Below are positions 8,927-16,899 of a DNA stretch of 64,000 bases, in pieces. Position 1 is the first letter of the stretch. Each line of letters starts with the position of its first letter. A model generated the notes under the pieces. That model was not told the origin of the DNA, ran no database searches, and was given only the letters and a program-made list of their open reading frames with translations. Source of the DNA: Aquificaceae bacterium (GTDB taxonomy: Bacteria; Aquificota; Aquificia; Aquificales; Aquificaceae); the NCBI GenBank assembly GCA_041640635.1, contig JBEPZX010000001.1, positions 64,001 through 128,000 on the forward strand. Direction: 5' to 3'. The position numbers and the translations under genes are program-made.

Positions 8927-9280
8927 ATGAGTGTAAGGCACAAGGTAAGAGAGAGAGTAGAGAAGCTTTTTTCTAACTTTAAGGATTTGAAAGGTGAGTT
9001 TGTCATATACAATCTTTACGCTCCTGTTGGCAACCAAGAGATAGAGGCAGAGGACTTAAACTACGTGGACATAAAGGTGGACTTTAATGATCCAGAAAGT
9101 ATAAAAAAATTTTTGGATAGAACTACAAGAGAGACCTTAGAAAACGAAGTAAAGGGCTATTACCTGCTTGGTATGGTGTTGGATAAAGGGAACGAGTACA
9201 TACCTTCGTCCGATATGGATCTGCTAAAGGAAGTTTTCGGTGATGTAAAAGATGTCATAGAAAGGCTAAAGGAAGAATGA
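8927..9280 (+). CDS. Hypothetical protein
   Basis: 117-aa acidic ORF; TATAAT 8 nt upstream; ATGA overlap with ispD. Confidence 0.75.
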   Translation: MSVRHKVRERVEKLFSNFKDLKGEFVIYNLYAPVGNQEIEAEDLNYVDIKVDFNDPESIKKFLDRTTRETLENEVKGYYLLGMVLDKGNEYIPSSDMDLLKEVFGDVKDVIERLKEE

Positions 9281-9951
9281 TATCCCTTATACTCCTTGCC
9301 GCTGGTAGTGGCACAAGGTTTGGGCAAAAAAAGCAGTTTGTGGAGCTTCTGGGAAAACCCCTTTTTTTGTATTCTGTAGAAAAAACTATGGGACTTTTCG
9401 ATGAAACCCTTTTGGTTCTTCCCCAAGAAGATTTGGACCATGTGGACGTGCCCAAAGGTATAAAAAAAGTTGCCGGTGGAAAGGAAAGACAGGACTCAGT
9501 CTTTAACGCTTTGCTACAAGCCAAAGGTGACATAGTGGTTATCCACGACTGTGCAAGACCCTTTGCCACAAAGGATATGTTTATTAGAGTGTCCAATCTT
9601 TGTGGATACGATGGGAAGATTGTAGCTATACCCGTAAGAGACACACTAAAATATGTGGTAGATCTTCATGTAATAAAAACCATAGACAGGTCAAACCTTT
9701 ATTACTCTCAAACACCTCAAGCCTTTAAAAGAGATATTCTCTACAAAGTCCACATAAAAGCAAGAGAAGAGGGGATAATACTTACCGATGATGCTGCCCT
9801 TTTGGAAAGATACGGCTACAAAGTAGCTATAGAAGAAGGTTCGCCTACAAATATAAAGCTGACCTATCCAGAAGACCTAATTTATGCAGAATGCCTTCTT
9901 ATGGCTAACAAGAAGGTAAGGGAAGAAAGCAAACCCAAAGCTAAGGAATAG
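9277..9951 (+). CDS. ispD: 2-C-methyl-D-erythritol 4-phosphate cytidylyltransferase
   Basis: LAAGSGTRF..KQF, GGKERQDSV, IHDCARP, QTPQAF, NIKLTYPED. Confidence 0.95.
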   Translation: MISLILLAAGSGTRFGQKKQFVELLGKPLFLYSVEKTMGLFDETLLVLPQEDLDHVDVPKGIKKVAGGKERQDSVFNALLQAKGDIVVIHDCARPFATKDMFIRVSNLCGYDGKIVAIPVRDTLKYVVDLHVIKTIDRSNLYYSQTPQAFKRDILYKVHIKAREEGIILTDDAALLERYGYKVAIEEGSPTNIKLTYPEDLIYAECLLMANKKVREESKPKAKE

Positions 9952-11027
9952 ACCACTGCGTAGTAAATCCCCAAACTGTATAGAAAACCTACAAGCACAC
10001 TACCTAATAAAGTAGCAAGACCCAATACAAAGTATAGCAACCCATAAGCAAAAGCTCTTGAATATAAAGGTACGTTCTGAGCTATCCAAGACCTCAGTAT
10101 AGATTCTTGTATGCCAAGCAAAGCACCCCAAAGAGCTACTCCAAAGATTACGAACTCTCCGCTAAAAACAAAAAGAGGATACATTGTACCAATGGCTATG
10201 CCTATAGGGAGAACCATAGAACCTTTTTTATCAAAAAGATACCCAAAAAGCACAGCTGCTACTGCATCCACAAGCATGGCAAAAGCGTAAAATAGGGAAA
10301 TAAGATAACCTTCTAAACCCAAGTTTTTTTGATGGTATGCCATAAGTGGGAAGTGAATAAAGCTCAAACCTAAAAAGAAAGTAGCCAAAAGGTAAAAAAG
10401 TAAGCCCTTAGGAACCTTTTTTACATCCGAAGAACTTTCATGCACTTCCACATTGTTTGTGTAAAACCTTTTGGCAACAAAAAGTGTAGTTAGTGCAACT
10501 ATAGCCGGGACAAATAGAGAACCAAAAGCCATCTGGTAGCTTCCAAACTTGTAAATAACGAAGGACACAAACAAAGGTCCAGTTATTGCACCTATTTGGT
10601 CTAAAAATTCGTGAATTCCAAAGCCTCTACCATGCCCTACCTTTTGTGTAGCATGAGACAAAAGCACATCTCTGGAAGGTGTTCTGATAGCTTTCCCTAT
10701 TCTTTCCAAAAGAATCAAAACACTAGCCCACTGCCACGTGCTTACAAATGCCAAAGCTGGGACAGCCAAAAGATTTAGAGTATAGCCAAAAAAGGTAAAA
10801 GCCCAATATGACTTTAGTCTATCCGATAAGTATCCAGATACTAAGCGCAAATTGTAGCCCAAAAACTCACCTAAACCAGAAATGGCACTCACATAGAAAG
10901 CACTGGCACCCAAAAAAGCAAGGTAAGGACCAGTTAAACTCTTTGCGCTTTCGTATGTAATGTCAGAAAAAAGGCTCACAATGCCCATAAGAAATATGAA
11001 GGTGTAAGCTTTGGAATTAACCCACAT
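9882..11027 (-). CDS. MFS transporter
   Basis: About 12 hydrophobic segments; GYLSDR, RIGKAIRTPSRD. Confidence 0.85.
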   Translation of the reverse strand: MWVNSKAYTFIFLMGIVSLFSDITYESAKSLTGPYLAFLGASAFYVSAISGLGEFLGYNLRLVSGYLSDRLKSYWAFTFFGYTLNLLAVPALAFVSTWQWASVLILLERIGKAIRTPSRDVLLSHATQKVGHGRGFGIHEFLDQIGAITGPLFVSFVIYKFGSYQMAFGSLFVPAIVALTTLFVAKRFYTNNVEVHESSSDVKKVPKGLLFYLLATFFLGLSFIHFPLMAYHQKNLGLEGYLISLFYAFAMLVDAVAAVLFGYLFDKKGSMVLPIGIAIGTMYPLFVFSGEFVIFGVALWGALLGIQESILRSWIAQNVPLYSRAFAYGLLYFVLGLATLLGSVLVGFLYSLGIYYAVVYSLALGLLSSLTFLLAIRRHSA

Positions 11028-11253
11028 CTATTTCTTCCACAAGCCCTAAAAGCTCTATATCCAAGTGTTTTTTTATGTTTTCCAATACATTTAGAAGGTT
11101 TTGATAAGTGTCCGGTGTGGCAATTAAATAAACCAGGTCTTGGGATTTTTCCTTTGTTCTGACAATGGCGTTTCTACCAGAGCCGTCCACTAAGGCACTA
11201 AAGAGACCTATTTTTTCCCTTGGGACTTTCACTAGCAAAGTTTTAGGCTTCAT
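11017..11253 (-). CDS. Small conserved protein (DUF4911-like)
   Basis: 78 aa, coupled to dnaX and the MFS gene; pattern VPREKIG..ALVDG..AIVRT. Confidence 0.6.
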   Translation of the reverse strand: MKPKTLLVKVPREKIGLFSALVDGSGRNAIVRTKEKSQDLVYLIATPDTYQNLLNVLENIKKHLDIELLGLVEEIDVG

Positions 11254-12685
11254 TTTCTCTTTTTTGCTCGATTAATTTGGCATCAAACATTTCTTTAACT
11301 TTTTTGGCTGTATCTTCTAAAGTTCCAAGCTTTTCTTTTTCTTCCGATATAGTACGTACTTCGAAATCTACGAAAGGAAACTGAGATTTTAGTTTCTCAA
11401 TCTCTATTACTTTTACATCTTCAGAGGAAATAGCGAAAATTACCTTATCGCCTTCAATTCTGTAAGGAGCCTTTTTTAGTATACTCAATGTTATTGGTTT
11501 GAGATTAGCGGATTTGAAAAACCTAGATCTTAGATCTTCTTGTTGCACCTGCTTTGTTGGTGTACTTTCTTCTTTACCTTCTTCTAAATACTTTATCAAC
11601 TCTGTAAGATACACAATATCTTTCACAATGATACTTTTCACTATAGCGATCTCTATGGCTCGTTGAAGACCCCTTGTTCTTGCGTACTCCTTTGCGTTAT
11701 TGATAAGCTTTTCCAGGTAGAGCAAGGTGCTAAGCGGGACATTTGCAAACTCCTTATGAAACTCTTCAACCTGAATAACTTTATAAGGATCCTTTAAGCT
11801 CTTATATAGTATGAGTGTTCTTACTTCTTCTTCGACCATACTCCAGAATCTAAGCAAATTAAAACCCTTATGCACAAGCTCGTTAATCACTTCCAAAGCT
11901 TCGTCTACATGTGAATGTAAAAGCAACCTAATAAAGTCTCTTACCCTTTCCTGGCTTGGAAGTCCCAAAAACTCTTCTACAACGTCTGAAGTTATCTTAC
12001 CCTCACCGTAGGTTGCAGCTTGGTCCAAAAGAGATACAGCATCTCTCATAGCGCCATCACTTACCGCTGCTAAAGCTCTCAAAGCTTGTTCTTCACAGTT
12101 TAAATTCTCGCTTTTACATATTCTAATAAGGTTGTATACAATTTCCCCGTCAGAGTGTTTGCTAAATATCAATCTTTGACACCTTGATAGTATTGTAGGA
12201 AGAATTTTTTCGTATTCTGTGGTACAAAGTATGAACACAGTTCTGGGTGGTGGTTCTTCTAAAGTCTTGAGCAATGCATTAAAGGCTTCCTTTGTTAGCA
12301 TATGGGCTTCGTCTAAGATGTAGACTTTGTATTTGCCCTTTATAGGTGTGTAGGAAACTGCGTCTCTTATAGACCTTATGTCTTCTATTCCTCTATTGGA
12401 TGCGGCATCTATTTCTATGAGATCTGGAAAGTTACCTTTGTCAATGCTTACACAATTTTCGCACTCTCCACAAGGTTCACCGTCCTGAGGATTTAAACAA
12501 TTTATAGCTTTTGTTAATATACGTGCTAATGTAGTTTTTCCGCTTCCTCTTGGACCTGCAAACAGGTATGCGGACGAGACTTTTCCAGTTTTTACAGCAT
12601 TTAAAAGCACCTTCTTTGGTACTTCCTGTCCAACTACCTCTTTAAATTTTCTTGGCCTATACTTTCTAGCAAAGGGTATATGCAT
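11243..12685 (-). CDS. dnaX: DNA polymerase III subunit tau/gamma
   Basis: ARKYRP, GPRGSGKTT, Zn motif C..PCGECENC, EIDAAS, DEAH, SRC. Confidence 0.97.
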   Translation of the reverse strand: MHIPFARKYRPRKFKEVVGQEVPKKVLLNAVKTGKVSSAYLFAGPRGSGKTTLARILTKAINCLNPQDGEPCGECENCVSIDKGNFPDLIEIDAASNRGIEDIRSIRDAVSYTPIKGKYKVYILDEAHMLTKEAFNALLKTLEEPPPRTVFILCTTEYEKILPTILSRCQRLIFSKHSDGEIVYNLIRICKSENLNCEEQALRALAAVSDGAMRDAVSLLDQAATYGEGKITSDVVEEFLGLPSQERVRDFIRLLLHSHVDEALEVINELVHKGFNLLRFWSMVEEEVRTLILYKSLKDPYKVIQVEEFHKEFANVPLSTLLYLEKLINNAKEYARTRGLQRAIEIAIVKSIIVKDIVYLTELIKYLEEGKEESTPTKQVQQEDLRSRFFKSANLKPITLSILKKAPYRIEGDKVIFAISSEDVKVIEIEKLKSQFPFVDFEVRTISEEKEKLGTLEDTAKKVKEMFDAKLIEQKRENEA

Positions 12686-12696
12686 AACATCTTAAA

Positions 12697-13308
12697 TTAT
12701 AAAATTTTTTCCACAAATGTAATGAGCCTTTCTTTAGTTTGATTCTGCCTATGGGATGGAAGAGAAGGGTTGCATATAGTGCATGAGTTCCATACAAAGA
12801 ACTTCTCAATACCTAAGGATCTCAATTGAATTAACGCTTCCTTTTGGGTATCCATGTAAAATCCATTGTTGCGAAAAGTAATTGCCTTAAAGAAATCTTT
12901 AAAAAATTGGTCTACTTGATAACAGCATGCTTTTGCAGAAGGTCCCAAAAAAGCAAAAACGTCTTTAGGGTCGTCTTCCATGAGCTTTAGCGTATTTTGT
13001 ATTATGCCACTTTTGAGTCCTCTCCAACCAGCATGTATAGCTGCCACATCTCTATTTCCAATGAGAATTACAGGTACACAATCAGCCGTTTTTATACCTA
13101 TTCTTATAGCTTTGCTTGTGACTAGAGCATCACCTTCTTCTAAAGTTAAGGATGTTTTATCCACTCTAAAAGCTATGTTAGAGTGTATCTGTCTTAGAGT
13201 AACACAATCTTCATTTTCGTTCCAATACTTTACGCCAACTATAGTGTTCTTTATTCTAAATTCAAATATTAAAGCTTCTTTGCTTTCTCTGATGTTTTTC
13301 TTATGCAT
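12697..13308 (-). CDS. pgeF: YfiH/PgeF (laccase-domain, purine nucleoside phosphorylase-like) protein; start uncertain
   Basis: QIHS, GDAL, TADCVP, HAGWRG, GPS...CY, CT, SHR. Confidence 0.88.
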   Translation of the reverse strand: MHKKNIRESKEALIFEFRIKNTIVGVKYWNENEDCVTLRQIHSNIAFRVDKTSLTLEEGDALVTSKAIRIGIKTADCVPVILIGNRDVAAIHAGWRGLKSGIIQNTLKLMEDDPKDVFAFLGPSAKACCYQVDQFFKDFFKAITFRNNGFYMDTQKEALIQLRSLGIEKFFVWNSCTICNPSLPSHRQNQTKERLITFVEKIL

Positions 13309-14033
13309 TCCATTAGTATACCTTCAAAGCCTTTCTCTAGAAGAAGCTTTATACCTTCCACCGTTGTGCCACCTGGGGATGTGACTTTTGAAACAAGCTC
13401 ATCGGGATGTACTTTTTCTTTTTCCAAAAGTTGACACGAACCTACGATAGTTTGTAAGACTATATCCAAGGATGTTTTGTAGTCAAAGCCTTCCATAACA
13501 CCTGCCATAGCTAAGCCCGAGATGAACTTAAACACAAAGGCGGGTCCAGAACCAGCCAAAGCCGTAAAGGAATCCATAAGTCTTTCTTCAATTGGGTAAA
13601 GCTTTCCACACGATGAAAAGAGATTTATAAATTTTTCTTTTGTTTCTTCGTCCAAATCTGTAGTAAAAGCTATGCATCCTTTCTGAACTTTTACGTTAAT
13701 GTTGGGCATAGTTCGTATAATTTTTGCCTTCTCTCCTAAGATGCTTTTCATTCTTTCCAAGCTTAGCCCAGCTACTATGCTAACCAAAATTTCCCTATCT
13801 ATCTTACCTTTTAGGTGATTTAAAACTTCTTCGGCATCCTTTGGCTTTACAGCAAGTAAGAGGAAATCGCTTCCAAGGAGGAAGTCCAAATCTTTTGATA
13901 CACCGAATCCTAATTGTATGGCTTGTTCCTTTTTGGATTCTTCTTTATCGTAAACTACTATATGAGAGGACTCTTTCAAACCCTGGGCAAAGGCACTGCC
14001 CATATTACCAAAGCCAATTATACCGACCTGCAT
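13269..14033 (-). CDS. proC: Pyrroline-5-carboxylate reductase
   Basis: GFGNMG, AVKP, RTMPN, GSGPA, SPGGTT; start moved to ATG 14033 (MQVGIIG), 6 nt after TATACT. Confidence 0.95.
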   Translation of the reverse strand: MQVGIIGFGNMGSAFAQGLKESSHIVVYDKEESKKEQAIQLGFGVSKDLDFLLGSDFLLLAVKPKDAEEVLNHLKGKIDREILVSIVAGLSLERMKSILGEKAKIIRTMPNINVKVQKGCIAFTTDLDEETKEKFINLFSSCGKLYPIEERLMDSFTALAGSGPAFVFKFISGLAMAGVMEGFDYKTSLDIVLQTIVGSCQLLEKEKVHPDELVSKVTSPGGTTVEGIKLLLEKGFEGILMECIRKTSEKAKKL

Positions 14034-14037
14034 TACT

Positions 14038-14688
14038 TTAGTATACAAAAATGTTTGATATCTGTGTAGCTAATCTGTCAGCTAATATTTTCAACACTTG
14101 AGCCTTATCCATATTGGTTTGTTCTGCCTTTACGGCTATACGCGTGTCGTGTTCCTTTGTAGTATTGTTTAAATTTTCTTGAATGCGGACTTCTGCAACA
14201 CCTGTAAAGCTATTTACAGCTATAGTTTTTCCAACAAGCCCACCTATTAGGCTTCCTATAACTGCACCACCTAGAGCTCCAGCTATATTTTCTCTTGTAC
14301 CACCGCCTATGTAACTACCAGCTATGGCACCTCCTACACCACCTACTAGCATACTATCCGCTGTTAGGCTTTCCTTCTCTTCATCCAAATAAAGGACGTT
14401 AACTTGAACGATGTAATCAGCTTTACCTGGGTCATCTATTACATTAAAGCCCTTTTCACTTATCTTGCGCTTCAGAAGATCCATGAAATCTATGCCTTGG
14501 TATCCTGAAGTGTTCATTACACGAACATAAATATTCCTATTCTTAGACAAGTTTTGCGGATCCAACCAAACACTTTGATACATCTTCGCACTAATTTTGG
14601 GTTCTGTATAATCAATAGCTTTAATGGTGCTAGCACAGCCTATAATAAAAAACATAGAAGGTATAACTAAGAATTTCAGTAATTTCAT
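14038..14688 (-). CDS. traT: TraT-family (complement-resistance/surface-exclusion) lipoprotein
   Basis: SD GGAGG before ATG 14688; signal peptide with lipobox IIGC; SVWLDP, IYVRVMNTS, DDP.KA.YIVQVNVL, glycine-zipper hairpin. Confidence 0.75.
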   Translation of the reverse strand: MKLLKFLVIPSMFFIIGCASTIKAIDYTEPKISAKMYQSVWLDPQNLSKNRNIYVRVMNTSGYQGIDFMDLLKRKISEKGFNVIDDPGKADYIVQVNVLYLDEEKESLTADSMLVGGVGGAIAGSYIGGGTRENIAGALGGAVIGSLIGGLVGKTIAVNSFTGVAEVRIQENLNNTTKEHDTRIAVKAEQTNMDKAQVLKILADRLATQISNIFVY

Positions 14689-14776
14689 GGGTATGCCTCC
14701 AATACAAGATATAAATATAAAATCTCTTATGATATAGGTTATCAATTTTTGGAATACATTATGTTATATTTTAGGC

Positions 14777-15781
14777 ATGGATAGGTACGAAAATTTCATT
14801 TGGACACTAAAAAATAAAGTTCTAGAGGGCTACCAGGTAACCAAAGAAGAGTCTCTGAATGTCCTGACTCTTCCTGATGAATATATAGCATTGCTAGTTT
14901 ATGCTGCTCAAAAGATCAAAGCAAAGTTCCATGATCCAAGTAAGATAGAGTTTTGTTCCATAATAAATGCCAAAAGCGGTGCATGTTCAGAAGATTGCAA
15001 ATTCTGCGCCCAATCCAAGTTTTACAAAACTCCTATAAACATTTATAACCTTGTTCCAAAAGAGGAGATTATTGAAGGTGCATACAGAGGTGTAGAATAT
15101 GGAGCCAACAGGTATTGTGTAGTTTTAAGCGGAAAAGCTGCATCAAAAGAAGAAGTGGAAAGAATTATAGAAAGCGTAATAGAAATTAAAGAGGTAGAAA
15201 AAATCCCTATTAATGTTTGTGTATCCGCTGGTACTCTTTCCGAAGAAGACTTAAGAAAACTAAAGGAAGCTGGTGTAAAAAGGATAAATCACAATTTGGA
15301 AACTTCTAAGAACTTCTTTCCTAATATAGTGACAACACACGCTTGGGAAGAAAGGTATGAAACCGTAAAGAAAATTAAAAAAGTTGGGCTTTCTGCATGT
15401 TGTGGTGGTATATTTGGCATGGGAGAGACTTTGGAAGATAGAGTAGATTTGGCGCTAACATATAGAGAGCTAGGCGTAGACTCTATACCTCTTAACTTTA
15501 TAATGCCTATAGAAGGAACACCTATGACAAATGCACCGGGGATAACACCTTTAGAGGCTCTAAAGACTATAGCTATGTTTAGGTTTACCAATCCAAAAGC
15601 TGAACTCAGATTGTGTGGTGGAAGAGAGCAGAACTTAAGAGACTTTCATGGAATGGCTGTATTGATGACCAATGCTATGATGGTAGGAGGATACTTAACG
15701 AGAGCTGGAAGAGATATAACAAAAGACTACCAATTGCTTAAGGATCTGGGAGCTCAGAGACTTGTAAAAGAGGAAGTATAG
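14777..15781 (+). CDS. bioB: Biotin synthase
   Basis: CSEDCKFCAQS radical SAM motif, NHNLET, CCGGIFG, PLNF, GYLT. Confidence 0.96.
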   Translation: MDRYENFIWTLKNKVLEGYQVTKEESLNVLTLPDEYIALLVYAAQKIKAKFHDPSKIEFCSIINAKSGACSEDCKFCAQSKFYKTPINIYNLVPKEEIIEGAYRGVEYGANRYCVVLSGKAASKEEVERIIESVIEIKEVEKIPINVCVSAGTLSEEDLRKLKEAGVKRINHNLETSKNFFPNIVTTHAWEERYETVKKIKKVGLSACCGGIFGMGETLEDRVDLALTYRELGVDSIPLNFIMPIEGTPMTNAPGITPLEALKTIAMFRFTNPKAELRLCGGREQNLRDFHGMAVLMTNAMMVGGYLTRAGRDITKDYQLLKDLGAQRLVKEEV

Positions 15782-16899
15782 TTCTTGGGTTTATATAACC
15801 ATACAAAAAAACCTATAATGGGGAAAGTTGCCATCAAAAGAGCTGAAAGTTTGTAGTTGTTATTTGTTACAAGCAATAAAAAACTCCAAATAAAAAGACC
15901 TATACTCGATGATATTCTTTCTGTGAGTGAAAGAAAGGACATTCTTACTGAAACTTCGCCTTTTGAAAAGTTTTCTATTAGATATACCCTTGAAACTGTC
16001 CAAAGATGAGCTAAAGAAAAACCTCCCAGAAAGCCTATACCAATTAAAAGTTCTCTTGGAACAAAGTATAGAGAAATCAAAAAAGCTAACCAAAGAAAAA
16101 AACCTATGGGAAAGATCCTTTTACTGTTGTATTTATCTACGACTTTTCCCCAGAAGATCCCACCTATAACGCCACCTAATGCAGAGAATCCTATAGTTTT
16201 ATATATATCCGTGTCATCAAGAAGGTAAACTTTCTTCAAATAAATACTCATCATGGCTATCAGTGTGTTAGCAACTTCGGTTAAACATAGTAAAGAAATC
16301 ATGAAAAGTAAGAAACTTTTGTCTGAAAAAATGCTCCTTAAATTTGCTATTGATTTGTGTCTAGGATTTTCTAGAACTATTAAGGAGGGCAGAGATATTA
16401 AAAGAAATATTAAAGGAACTACCAAAAATACACTTGGAATTTCTAGAATGTTAATCAGAAACAGTAATGCAGAAGCTGAGCCTATATAACCCAAGGCCAC
16501 TCCAAAACCAGATATAAAACCTTTCTTTTCAAAGGAAGCTAGTAAAGAGTTGTAGAAAATCATAGATTGTTGGTGACTTATAGCCATTAATGAGTATAAA
16601 AAAAGTGCTAAAAAGGGGAGTATATAAGTGAAGTATATGAAAACCCCAAATAAAGTTGTTAGGAGAACAAAAAAAATAAAAAAGTGTTTTCTAAGAGCTC
16701 TTCTATCTGCTATTTTACCAAAATACAAAGCGAGAAAAAAAGATACGAGAAAAGAAAACCCGTAAACTAAAGAGTAAACTTTAGTGTCTATATGCTTAGT
16801 TATATATAAGGGGAAAAAGGTGGAAAAGATAAGAGCTCCAAGAATAGTTTCTGCTGAATCGAACAAACCAAAGCTAAGTACCTTAAGCTTTTCTTTCAG
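15754..16899 (-). CDS. MFS transporter (UMF1/ATG22-like); probable CTG start at 16899
   Basis: Multi-TM protein; GKIADRR, FYNSLL, GYIGS; frame open upstream of TTG 16866 to CTG 16899, which has SD GAGGT 8 nt upstream. Confidence 0.8.
   Translation of the reverse strand: MKEKLKVLSFGLFDSAETILGALIFSTFFPLYITKHIDTKVYSLVYGFSFLVSFFLALYFGKIADRRALRKHFFIFFVLLTTLFGVFIYFTYILPFLALFLYSLMAISHQQSMIFYNSLLASFEKKGFISGFGVALGYIGSASALLFLINILEIPSVFLVVPLIFLLISLPSLIVLENPRHKSIANLRSIFSDKSFLLFMISLLCLTEVANTLIAMMSIYLKKVYLLDDTDIYKTIGFSALGGVIGGIFWGKVVDKYNSKRIFPIGFFLWLAFLISLYFVPRELLIGIGFLGGFSLAHLWTVSRVYLIENFSKGEVSVRMSFLSLTERISSSIGLFIWSFLLLVTNNNYKLSALLMATFPIIGFFVWLYKPKNYTSSFTSL

Noticed and set aside
14038..14688. traT as evidence of an integrated conjugative element
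   Set aside because: No relaxase, coupling protein, T4SS gene or integrase anywhere in the window
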